This document shows positions 1 through 10,900 of a stretch of 64,000 bases of DNA, piece by piece. The stretch comes from Candidatus Woesebacteria bacterium (GTDB lineage: Bacteria; Patescibacteriota; Microgenomatia; UBA8517). How positions within the stretch are numbered: the first letter of the stretch is position 1; each line of letters opens with the position of its first letter. Below the pieces are notes generated by a model, which worked only from the letters and a program-made list of their open reading frames with translations, was not told where the DNA came from and searched no databases. Made by a program: the position numbers and the translations under genes. The stretch is taken from assembly GCA_016432365.1 (NCBI GenBank), contig CP066686.1:1002918-1066917 (forward strand), written 5' to 3'.

Positions 1-1328
1 CTGGAAGTTCGCTGGTTACAATAAGTGGCGCTGTTCCCGATACAACGACAAATCATTTATTCCCCGGCGACGCTGTCTGTTTTACAGATGCCGGTAACAA
101 TGTTTGTAGAGATAACACAACTTATACAGTAGCCAATGTACCATCAACAACCACTTTCAATGTAACCACCCCACTTACAACGGCTTTAACAGCCACAGAC
201 TATGCAGTTGCTTCGCAATCAGGAACTTTAACAATTACAGCAACAACAGTTAACCAGGTTCCCATAGGTGGAAAACTTATCGTCACAATTCCGGCTAACG
301 ATGCAAACTCTACTGCCAAAAACAATGACGGAATGCCTGATAGCGCGGCAAGCGTCGCCTTAAACGGTTTTGATTTAAGCAGTTTTGCGGTAGCAAGAGC
401 AACCGTAACAGGCGCATCCTGTACTGCCGCAAATTGGGGTACATCGGGAACCGCAACAACATTCGCAACCGGCGGCGGCGGAACAACAGATACAACTATT
501 TCCTGGACGAGAGCAACCTCTATATGTTCCGCAGGTAGTGTGCTTACGATCTCTATTACGGGAATTATCAACCCCGCTCCAATTACGGGCCATACTCAAG
601 GAACGGCTGATGTATATGGTATTACTGTAGCTACAACTGACGCTTCTTCTAATACTATCGATTCAGTAGTACCGAGAGTTGCCCCAGTCGAGGCAGTACT
701 TATTTCAGCTACGGTTGATGAAACTTTAACTCTTGTTATTGCTGGGCTTACAGGAGGGGCTCAAACATATTGTGGCAGTCAAACTTATGTAACAAGCACT
801 GCAACTTCAATTCCGTGGAGTTCTCAAGTTGCCGGTGCAGGGTTTAAGTATTCTGCCCAACAGCTAACCGTAAGTACAAATGCGGCTAGTGGCTACGTTG
901 TAACGCTACAAGAAAATGATCAAATGGGTAAAAACGGAAACACATGTACCGGCACTGCACCCTCTTCAGGTGAATTTACCTTTAGCGCAGGAACTTGTAT
1001 AAGAGATACTGTTTGTACGGTTTCAACTTGTAGTGAATCAACCGCAGGAGACTGGACAACTGCAACGAATTACGGCCTTGGTTACTCCCTAGCTTCCCAA
1101 AGTGGATCTGACGCCCCCTTCTATTACAACGAAAAGAACAGAACGTACAGCGCCAAACAGCTGGCTGACGTCACACAAGGTGGAGAAACAGCACAGTCAA
1201 TTATGAGCAACTCTTCTCCGGTGTCCGCGAGTAGTATTTATGTATGCTATACTTTGAGTATTCCCGGTACACAACCGTCAGGTTACTATTACAATGTTGC
1301 CAAATACACAGCAACGGCAACCTTTTAA
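1..1328 (+). CDS. Thr/Ser/Gly-rich secreted or surface protein, 5' partial (frame open from window start)
   Basis: Frame of ORF 333..1328 has no stop back to position 3. Low-complexity T/S/G/A-rich composition with Cys pairs. TAA stop at 1326-1328. Confidence 0.5.
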   Translation, partial: GSSLVTISGAVPDTTTNHLFPGDAVCFTDAGNNVCRDNTTYTVANVPSTTTFNVTTPLTTALTATDYAVASQSGTLTITATTVNQVPIGGKLIVTIPANDANSTAKNNDGMPDSAASVALNGFDLSSFAVARATVTGASCTAANWGTSGTATTFATGGGGTTDTTISWTRATSICSAGSVLTISITGIINPAPITGHTQGTADVYGITVATTDASSNTIDSVVPRVAPVEAVLISATVDETLTLVIAGLTGGAQTYCGSQTYVTSTATSIPWSSQVAGAGFKYSAQQLTVSTNAASGYVVTLQENDQMGKNGNTCTGTAPSSGEFTFSAGTCIRDTVCTVSTCSESTAGDWTTATNYGLGYSLASQSGSDAPFYYNEKNRTYSAKQLADVTQGGETAQSIMSNSSPVSASSIYVCYTLSIPGTQPSGYYYNVAKYTATATF

Positions 1329-1349
1329 TTTAAATAAATAAATCTGCCA

Positions 1350-2444
1350 ATGATAAATCTACAAATAAATTCCAAATTAAAAAACAAATTAGCTGCAGTG
1401 TTTACTTTATTTGCTTATTTAATTATTTGTAGATTTGCTTATTCGAACGTAGTCAAAGCCCAGGACATTCTTCCCCTTACCGTTGTACCCCCTAAGCAGG
1501 AAGTGCTGGTAAATCCTGGTGAGAAGTTTGTCACCACTGTTAAATATCTAAATCAAGGTAGCGTGCCTGTAAGTGGAACTATTAGTGTTCTTGACTTTAT
1601 TGTAGAAGACAATGTCGGGACTCCGTTATTCTTGGATAATCCAACAGTGGTTGGCACAACGACAATCTCCGCAAAATACTCTGCTGCAAAGTGGATCAGC
1701 TTCCCAACGGAAAACGTTACCATTGCAGAAAACGGCAATGTAGCCGTACCTGTTACTATTAATGTTCCAAAAAATGCAGCCGCCGGAGGACGTTACGCCG
1801 CAATTTTATTCCAACCAACTATCAATCAGGTTGAAGATGGCAAAGAAGGAACAGCCATAACTCCTACGGCAATCAGACTAGCCTCTTTAATTTATATCAG
1901 GGTTGCAGGACCAATTGCGGAAAAGGCCCGTATTGTTGATTTTCGTGCACCCGAGTTTTTAGAATACGGACCAATCGAAATTTCAACAACGATTCTAAAC
2001 GAAGGAAATTACCATATTACCCCCAAGGGTGAAATAACATTGAAAGACATGTTCGGACGGGTTGTGAGCAACTCTTCGCTAGATATAAAAAATATTTTCC
2101 CGGGTAGTACTAGAGTATATAACACCAATTTGGGATCAAAATTGATGTTTGGCAAATTTACAGCCACCCTGAACACAACTTACGGCGAGAAAGGACAGCT
2201 GCTTACCTCTACATTGGTTATCTGGCTCTTTCCATGGAGAGTCGCCTTAGCAATCGCTCTTGCCGTTGTCATCATCGTTCTCATAATAAAAATGTGGTTT
2301 AAGAGAGTGACCAAGAAAGAACAAAAGTTGGAAGAAGAACTTAAAGAAGAAACCAGCGAACTTGAAGCACTGAAATCAAAATTCAAAGATCAAATTAGCA
2401 GTAGTGAAAATCCTAAAGATCAATCCCCCCCGAGTACCCAATAA
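1350..2444 (+). CDS. Cell-surface protein with N-terminal signal/TM, beta-sandwich-like ectodomain, C-terminal TM anchor and K/E-rich cytoplasmic tail (DUF916-like architecture)
   Basis: N-terminal hydrophobic segment. C-terminal WLFPWRVALAIALAVVIIVLII helix followed by a charged coiled tail. Architecture resembles DUF916-type surface proteins of WxL loci (inference). Confidence 0.5.
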   Translation: MINLQINSKLKNKLAAVFTLFAYLIICRFAYSNVVKAQDILPLTVVPPKQEVLVNPGEKFVTTVKYLNQGSVPVSGTISVLDFIVEDNVGTPLFLDNPTVVGTTTISAKYSAAKWISFPTENVTIAENGNVAVPVTINVPKNAAAGGRYAAILFQPTINQVEDGKEGTAITPTAIRLASLIYIRVAGPIAEKARIVDFRAPEFLEYGPIEISTTILNEGNYHITPKGEITLKDMFGRVVSNSSLDIKNIFPGSTRVYNTNLGSKLMFGKFTATLNTTYGEKGQLLTSTLVIWLFPWRVALAIALAVVIIVLIIKMWFKRVTKKEQKLEEELKEETSELEALKSKFKDQISSSENPKDQSPPSTQ

Positions 2445-2487
2445 TCTCCTTAAAACATTTAGTCGATATAATATAATAAATGAGTTA

Positions 2488-3399
2488 ATGAAAAAATTTG
2501 TTGTATTCCCCGCGGCCTTGTTTGTTTTAACGCACTTTCTTTTGGTGGACGATGACTTAATCATCTTTGGACAAACACCCCCCGCCCCGACGACTACAGA
2601 GGCCCAAGTTGCGTCTGTCTTACCCCAGATAACAATCTCTGCAACTGTCGGAACTCCAATGTTAAAGCTTTGGGGATATGGTGCCCCCAATTCAAAGATT
2701 GAACTTAATGGTGACAGAGTCAGCGACTTTGCTTACACCAGAGCCGACGGTTATTTTGAATTTCCAAAAATATATCTCCCTACTCCAACCGGTGAGGTAT
2801 ACCCCGAGCTATGCTTGACCGGAATTGATCAAACAGGCCGCTCCACCCCGCCAACATGTATCCCCGACCTCCCGGCAAATGAAAGCAGCTTCGACATCGG
2901 ACCGGTAATAATGCCGCCTACTCTAAGTTTGGAGGAAGGCGTCACAACACAAGCTTTACAAACCGGAGCCAGTGGAATAACCATACCCAATTCAGAAGTA
3001 AAAATCGTTCTGGCCGAAGACAGTTCCACCAACATCGGCAAATTCGACATTGTTAGAGAAGCCCGAGCCTATTACATTCCAAATTATACTGTTAAGTCAG
3101 ACAAACAAGGTTATTTCAGTTTTAATATGCCGGACGCCAGTCCCAAAACTTGGCATGTTTTTGCTATTACAAAATATTCACAAGGTGCATCTTCCCCTAA
3201 AAGCAATACGTTGAAGTTTGTAATAATTTCCCAGGCGGCGAACACCTTTGAAAATATCTGGGCATTTATTCTTTCACTACTTGCCTTGCCTTCACTTATT
3301 ATTCTTGAAATTGTGGTAATTCTTTTGATCCTGACAGCCACCTTTTTGAGCAAAAAGGACAAGAGGAGAATATCTCTAAATACCACTAAACAGATCTGA
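2488..3399 (+). CDS. Surface protein with signal peptide and C-terminal TM anchor
   Basis: MKKFVVFPAALFVL signal-like start (internal Met of ORF 2404..3399; upstream part overlaps the previous gene). C-terminal hydrophobic helix plus KKDKRR tail. Confidence 0.45.
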   Translation: MKKFVVFPAALFVLTHFLLVDDDLIIFGQTPPAPTTTEAQVASVLPQITISATVGTPMLKLWGYGAPNSKIELNGDRVSDFAYTRADGYFEFPKIYLPTPTGEVYPELCLTGIDQTGRSTPPTCIPDLPANESSFDIGPVIMPPTLSLEEGVTTQALQTGASGITIPNSEVKIVLAEDSSTNIGKFDIVREARAYYIPNYTVKSDKQGYFSFNMPDASPKTWHVFAITKYSQGASSPKSNTLKFVIISQAANTFENIWAFILSLLALPSLIILEIVVILLILTATFLSKKDKRRISLNTTKQI

Positions 3400-3425
3400 A
3401 AATATCAGACTATATGAATAGTGCA

Positions 3426-3893
3426 TTAATCAAAAGTAACTGTAGTCTGTTGAATTAAGTTTATCCCGTCGATAGCAGCCTGAATTATGTAAACTCCCGT
3501 AAAAGACGCGGAGGAAATATCAAACGTCGCCCTTCCTTGAGCATCTGTAACGGGCTGGACTTCTGCAACCTGCAATGAATTACCTCCTCCGACAACAACT
3601 TTTTTACCGGATATTCCCAAACCCCGGTTATCTAAAATGAAAACGGTAATTCTAATCTTTTCTCCACCCGTTTTAGCTCTTAGAGGTGAAGCAAATATAT
3701 ACGAATTTTCCAAAGATAGACTCTGAACACCACGGGACTCTGTAACCGTAGACGAAGAAAACGCAGAGCTTCTAAATATAAGAGGACTTCGTATTGAAAA
3801 TAAAATAACAATTAGCGCAATAAGTAAGATAACAATTATGATAAGGGTGTAAACTGCATACCTTGGCCACCTGGGCGATCTGTCTTCGTTCAT
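3426..3893 (-). CDS. Small membrane-anchored protein with Ig-like (Big_1/invasin-like) domain
   Basis: N-terminal TM YTLIIIVILLIALIVILF. C-terminal VVVGGGNSLQVAEVQPVTDAQGRATFDISS...YIIQAAIDG resembles bacterial Ig-like domains. Confidence 0.4.
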   Translation of the reverse strand: MNEDRSPRWPRYAVYTLIIIVILLIALIVILFSIRSPLIFRSSAFSSSTVTESRGVQSLSLENSYIFASPLRAKTGGEKIRITVFILDNRGLGISGKKVVVGGGNSLQVAEVQPVTDAQGRATFDISSASFTGVYIIQAAIDGINLIQQTTVTFD

Positions 3894-4441
3894 GATATAA
3901 TTGATACAATTATAATAAGCTTAACATAAACGCATTTGCAAGCATTAAGAGAGCTTAATTCCACTTCCCTGCCCCCAGTAAATATAATAGCCAAAAGTTC
4001 GGTCTAAAAGAGGGGTAATTTTTCTTAGCACTCATTAACATCGGCTGCCAACTCCTGCTTTGATGATTAATAATTAAATTAAAATCAAATACTATACAGG
4101 CATGGGTTGCATTCATGCATAATTATATAAGTCTACTTCAAAAAAGGCCTCATTTTCCGCAACACAATGCTAAAGCAAAGAATAAACGCAGTTTTCCGCA
4201 AGTTTGCCTTCGTGCCTGAATATTAGGTAAAAAATGGTCAATAATGTGTATTATAAACAGATAAAATCTAAAAAATATAAAATAATTGTGCGTAAATTGC
4301 TTGCGGTAATTATACTACAGACTCTGTGAAAGATATTTTAAATATTCAAAACAAATGATACGGTAAATACCCTTGACAGGCTTGATAAATATTTTAATAA
4401 TAGTCTAATCAGTATAATTTGTATAATCTAGCCTTAATAAT

Positions 4442-4954
4442 ATGTCTGATAATTTAATAGATTCTACCAGAAATAACTTCATAAAATACTTGAGTTCTCT
4501 TGGTCTATCTCCTAAGACCCACAAAAATTACAGAAGTGATCTCGGCCATTTTATAAGCTGGCTAATTTTGAGGGTCAAGTCACTCGGTTCTTACGTCACA
4601 ACTTTGACGGAGGCTGTCCCCTTCATGAATAAAAATATTGTCTCTGAATACAAATCGTATTTGATTGAAAATAATATTCCGGCAAAAACAATTAACAGGC
4701 GTCTCTCTACCCTACGGCACTTAACCAAATATTTGGCTATTTCGAACTTAATTTCCACAGATCTTATGGGTGGAGTGGAAAACATAAGCGACGGGATAAA
4801 AGTGATAAAAAACACATCAGATCCTCTCATTGACGAGTTCCGGGCACATCTTGAGACTGAAAAGGTTTCCAAAAACACAGTTAAAAATTATGTTAGTGAC
4901 GTCCGGCAATTTTTATCTTGGCTTGAAGCTAATCAAAAAAATCTTAACGCTTAG
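4442..4954 (+). CDS. Tyrosine-recombinase N-terminal core-binding (Phage_int_SAM-like) domain protein, no catalytic domain; ends at an in-frame TAG
   Basis: SPKTHKNYRSDLGHFISWL plus PAKTINRRLSTLRHLTKYL match both halves of the XerD core-binding (CB) domain (NTLNAYRRDL..WL / ATSSARLLSAVRRLFQYL). A third repeat, SKNTVKNYVSDVRQFLSWL, is the first half of a second CB domain. No catalytic R-K-H-R-H-Y domain. Confidence 0.55.
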   Translation: MSDNLIDSTRNNFIKYLSSLGLSPKTHKNYRSDLGHFISWLILRVKSLGSYVTTLTEAVPFMNKNIVSEYKSYLIENNIPAKTINRRLSTLRHLTKYLAISNLISTDLMGGVENISDGIKVIKNTSDPLIDEFRAHLETEKVSKNTVKNYVSDVRQFLSWLEANQKNLNA

Positions 4955-4969
4955 TTATTAATTTATCTT

Positions 4970-7900
4970 ATGTCATCCCTACCCACCATCCTGCCAAAAG
5001 TAATTAAGGCATATCAAACTGAGATTGCCAGAAATAGTTCTCCTGCAACAGCCAAAAGAAAAATAGTTTCTTTGAGAAAGTTTCTTGATTGGGCAAAGGG
5101 CAAAGGTCTAATCGATGTTAACTTGGAGGAAACTATCCTGGCTCAGACTAAAAACGAGACAAAAATTCCCGCAAAAAATGCGTTGAATGTCAGGTTACAG
5201 AATATCCGGAACTTATACAAAAGGTATCGAAATATACCTGGGACCTCGTATCTTAATATTGCAATTCTGGTAATTTTATCCTCAGCTTTAGGACTTGGCA
5301 TATACAATCAGTTCTTTAAAAATGCTACCAACCCTTTTGCTGCGACATCGCTAGTTAGACCAAACCGCTATCTTTCTTTTCAGGGAAGGTTGACGAATCA
5401 ATTTTTGAATCCGGTTACGGCAGTTACCAGTGTCGTTTTTACTTTGTATGACGCGGCAAGTTCCGGAACGACCCTTTGGACTGGAACTTGTAATGTAACT
5501 CCTGATACTGACGGGGTATTTTCAACGCTTCTTGGAAGCGACTGCGGCTCTGAAATTTCGAGTAGCGTTTTTTCTGACAATGCAAGCGTTTGGTTGGGAG
5601 TCAAAGTCGCGGCCGATGCAGAGGCTACCCCAAGAATTCAGATTGCAACTGTCGCCTATGCCCTAAATTCCGAAACTCTCCAGGGCTACCCTGCTTCCTC
5701 AAGCGCAACAATTAACACGGTGCCGGTAGTTAATAATTCAGGACAAATTGTTTTAGCGGTTAGCTCTCCCAAGATTCAATCTACAACAGGTACTTTCGCC
5801 ATCGAAGGTCAGGCTATTACAATACAAACTCCAAGTGCATCAAACGGTAATGTTACTATAGCACCGGACGGGACAGGTCAGCTTAATTTAACTTTTACCG
5901 GCGCCTCCCCGGGGTCCGGAACAGGAATGGTAAATGCGACCGATGCAAACTTAACCTCCGGCTCTTTATACTATGGTTCGGTTGCAAGCAATGCCTCCGG
6001 TTACAACCTTCTACAGTTACAATCCGGTTCATCGCTTACAAATAAATTTGTTGTTGATTCGGCAGGAAACGCTTCTGCTTCCGGTGATTTAACTTTGGCA
6101 GGAACAAGTTCAATACAGACAACAACATTCAGTCCCCTGACAATTGGCGGAAATACAACAGGAAATATAGTACTATCCCCTTCAAACGATATTGCAGGAG
6201 GAAACATTTCTCCAAACGTCACCAATGTAACCGACTTGGGTACTTCGTCAAAATTATTTAGAAATATATATGGAACAACCATATATCAAGGCGCAAACCA
6301 GGTGTGCGATGCCGGTGGGTCTGTACCCGGATGCGCAAGCGGTATAAATTACTGGGGACAAGCTCTCGGGGCACTTTACCCGCTCAATAACACAACAGAT
6401 CTTTTGATTGGAGCAACTGCAACAACAAGCGCCAAGTTTGCGTTTAAAAATGTTTTGACTGGAACTCCAACTGCTTCAATATCAGGAACTACAAACATTG
6501 CCACATTCATTGACGGAAACGGAAACATAAGTAGTACAAACCGCAACAATCTAACTCTTGGGAATTCATCGACCTACAACACGACAGGAAATATCCTTTT
6601 GAATCCAAATGGAACTGGAAATGTTGGGATAGGGACTACTGCCCCTAACGTCCCGCTTGAAATAAATAGAGATTCTGCCGCCGCGGTACAAGAAATCGTC
6701 AGACTGTCGAATGGAGGCGCCGGATTCGGCACAGGCAGTAGGATATCTTTCGCAAATGCTGGGACACTAAATCAGGCTTATGTGGAATCAGGTCTTTACA
6801 ATGGTGGTGGTCTAGATGGGTATCTCGCATTCGGCACCGGTAGTTCAGGTTCAGCAGCCGAGGTTGCCCGCTTTGATGCCACGGGTAAGTTTGGGATAGC
6901 CGACACTTCCCCAGTTTCACTCTTTACTGTTGGTAACGGCGATCTTTTCCAAATCGACAGCACCGGAAGAGTGGTAAATATAGACGGAGTCGCCCACTCA
7001 ATAGATGACGTTTCCGGTGACCTGACCCTTACCTCTAATAGTACATCTGTAGCCATAGCCGATGATCTGGCTGTCAACGGGGCAACAAGCGCTGATATTA
7101 CTTCATCTACAACAACTGCGTCACTTTTCAATTCGACAGTTACTACCCTAAATATCGGTGGAGCAGCTACAACTCTAAATCTTCAGGGAGCCAGTGCAGC
7201 TACCCTTAGTATTGGGAATGCAAATACCACAACCGCGCTAAACTTGTCATCGGGCACCGGAGATGTGGCAATCTCATCAACCGATTTAATTACTCTCTTC
7301 CCCACTAACAATGTCAGAATTGGGAACGCAACAGATTACGCCTCATTCGGATCTGCCGGAGATATAACTTTTGTTGATGCGGACGGAGCCGCCAGTATAA
7401 CAGGCCCAGCCGGCGGAGCCTTCAGTGTACTTGCCGGAGCTTCTCAGGCATTAACTTTAACCGGAAATGCGGCATCTGTCTGGAGTACAACAGGAGGTCT
7501 GACGTTGAGAACAACATCAGGGAATGTGCTTGTTGACACAGCCACAGCCGGTGATGTAACTATCGGGCCCGATGTTTCTCTGGGAACGGGAGACGATCTT
7601 TTCCTTCAGGATGGCACACTTACTGCCGCGGTTCCTTTAACTGTAGCGGATACTGCCCTAAATGCCGGACTAACACAGGGAATAATTGATGCTATTAATG
7701 ACGTGTACGACCTAACCAGTGGATCTACAAATTACTGGCAACTTAATACTCTTACCCTTTCCCCAGCCAACAATACTTATGATTTGGCAATCGGTGGGAC
7801 CGCAACTGCCTCCGCCAAATTCCAGGCTTTTGCTTTGGAAAAAGCAGGCGATGCCACAAGCAGGCTCGCCAAACTTAACTCGAGTTTAATTACGACAGGA

Positions 7901-10900
7901 ACATTATTTGAAGCAACAGCCAGCGCAATAACCTCCGGAAACATGATCAAACTCGGTCAAGGTGGAAATTCGGCATTCTCAGGAAACGGGATTTGGATGG
8001 ATTTTGATAATACAGGTGGTGGAGGTGGAACTTTCACCGGAAACTTTTTGAAGTTTGACAACGCAACTACTACCAAATTTATCGTCGATGCCAGTGGAAA
8101 TCTTGGCGGGGCCGGAGTAGGACAATTTGGCAGCACAACCGTGACAACTTATTCCAGATTTGGGTCAGCAACCACCGGACACGCTCTTTCCAGCGCCAGT
8201 GATCTTTTGGTTAGTGGAAAATTGGAACTTAACGACACTCTGTTCCTTGACGGTGGGACTATTGCAAACTCAGCAGGAACAGGAACTATTACTTTTTCTA
8301 CTACCCCCACAACCTCCTCCAATGCCCTTTCAGCCAGCAACTGGCTTATCGAAAACACTGCTAATGTGGGGCAAGCTGCATTAATAGTCAATCAGCAAAA
8401 AGGAGGAGATCTGTTTACCGCTTCGGCGTCCGGCACCCCCAAATTCACTATTTCTAACACAGGAGTTTTAACCCTGGCAAACAACGAAACAATTGACAAC
8501 ACAACAGATGGGACAGTTAATGTTGGAGCAACGACTTTTAAACTAACCGGAGGCACCACTGTAGTATCTGATCAAGCAACTGTAGCACTGTTCAACACTA
8601 CGACCACCTCTCTTTCTTTGGGAGGCGCGGCAACAACTTTAAACATGCTTGGTGCGGGAAGCGCAACTTTTAATATTGGAAATGCTACCGGTACAACCGC
8701 ACTAAATCTAACCAGCGGCACAGGATCACAAACTTTTACATCGTCGGTTGCGACAGGAACAGGTCTCGCCGGAGCATTTGTCTATAAAGATGCTGTCTTA
8801 ACAACCGGAGACATGATTTATGCAACAGCCTCTGCTATCACTTCGGGAAATATTATGAAACTTGGTGAAGCCGGTCCCCAGAACTTTACCGGAAATGGTC
8901 TTTATATGGACTTTGACAATACAGGCGGAGGAAGTTTTACCGGGAACTTTGTAAAACTTGACAATGCCGGAGCAGAAAAATTTAAAATCGATTCAAGCGG
9001 TAATGTTCATATATATGGCAACTTAACCTGTGATGGCAACTGCGCCGATACAAAACTTGAAACATTTGTAAATAGTGGTACCTATACTCTACCCAGTGAC
9101 GCAACCATGATAATCGTTGAGGGTTATGGATCCGGTGGTGGAGGTGGTGGTGGGTCGCAAGGAACAACCGCTCAGTACCGTGGTGGTGGTGGAGGTGGTG
9201 GTGGAGGTGCTTATGTCACCGACACTTTTCCGGCCGCCAGTGTTTCTGCCACCGTTGCCATTACTGTTCCAGCCGGTGGCGCAGGTGGAGGCTCCCTAAC
9301 TGACGGTACTGCCGGTTCCTCTTCTAGTTTTGGGTCCTACCTTACTGCCTACGGCGGTGGAGGTGGAGGAAACAATGGCGCTACCGGTGGAGGTGGCTCA
9401 GGTGGAGGTGGAGGTGGGCGTACCGGTGTCGGAGGCTCTTCGGTTGACGATGTTAATGGCGCAGGTGGTAGCCCCAACGGAGGAGCTCTTGCAGCTGACG
9501 CCATCTATAGCGACGGTGGTGCCGCCGGCGGCGATGCTGCAAGTGGCACCAACGGTTCTACTGGCGGTTCAGCCTATGTTGGTGGTGGTGGAGGTGGAGC
9601 TGCAACTACCACAGGACAAAATCAGTCTGGTCACGGCGGAAGCAGTTTACATGGTGGTGGAGGTGGAGGTGGAGGGGCCACGGCACAAGCAATTACCTGT
9701 TTGCTTAAGGACGGTGGAAACGGAGGTTCAAGTAATAATTATGCAAACCTGGGGGTCGGTGGAGCTGCGGGTGGAACTGGCGCAGGTGGAGCAGGTACAA
9801 ACGGGTCTGCACTAGCCGGATACGGTGGAGGTGGAGGTGGAGGTGGAGCCAATATATGTGCATCAGGTACCGGCGGCGCAGGTGGAAATGGTGGCGCTCC
9901 CGGAGGTGGTGGAGGTGGAGGTGGAGCCGCAGCCGCTGCATCCGGAACAACTGGTGGTACCGGTGGAACAGGAGCACGAGGAGAAATCAGAGTTTGGACA
10001 ATTAGTAGCAATGCAGCAGATTTGGCAGAAATTTATACCTCTAACGATATAAGCCTTGAGGCTGGCGACGTTGTTGCTCTTGACTCAAGCCTAAAAGCCG
10101 GTGTTAAGAAAACAACAAATACTTACGAGGATGAAACTTTAGGCATAGTCTCCACAAGACCAAACCTAGTTATAGGCGACGCCATTAAAGAAGGTAATAA
10201 TGTTGTACCGGTAGCTCTCGCAGGACGCGTTCCGGTTAAGGTAACAGCCGAAAACGGACCAATCGTTGCCGGAGACAAATTGACAAGCTCCTCTATCCCG
10301 GGTGTAGCTATGAAAGCTACAAAAACAGGTATAACGGTAGGAACAGCCATGAGTGACTTTAACGGGGTAGAAGGAGAGATTGGCAGAGTCACAGCCTTTG
10401 TTAATACTTCCTATACTCCAGGAATGCTTCTTCACAACCTACTGTCCGAAAACGGATATGATATTCCGGAAGAAGTTTGGAGATCGAATAATATCGATTA
10501 TTCTTGGATCGTTTTGGCAACGTTGGTAAGTGAAAGCAAGAAGCTTACTTCATCCCAAATTTCGGAAATATATGGTGACCGCGTTGCAGCTACGCTTGAA
10601 GTAATCGCACCGAGAATAGTTGCTAAGTCGATTTATGCCGGCGAAATTAATGCGACCGAAAGTGGCAGTTTAGTCATAAACGCTGTTAACACGATTATTG
10701 ACGGCTTGATAACAGCGAAGAATATTGTTGTAAAAAATATCGTAGCAGGGGCCATTGAAGTCAACGACCTCATTGCCCAAAATATCACTTCTAAGATATT
10801 CAAGGTTCAAATTATTACACCACTCCCCGACCAAACTGATATTGCAGTCAGACTTGGAAGTGAAGCAACCCCGTCAGGGAAATTTGCAATTCAGGATGTT

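Noticed and set aside
4955-4969. Treating 4442..4954 and 4970..11785 as independent, unrelated genes
   Set aside because: Not rejected outright, but same-frame arrangement and a CB domain split across the TAG make simple independence unlikely. Reported as a finding instead.
9739-10011. Pro-rich ORF (and 9705..9977 His/Leu-rich ORF) on the minus strand
   Set aside because: Antisense shadow of the Gly-codon repeat in the giant plus-strand gene. Purely low-complexity.
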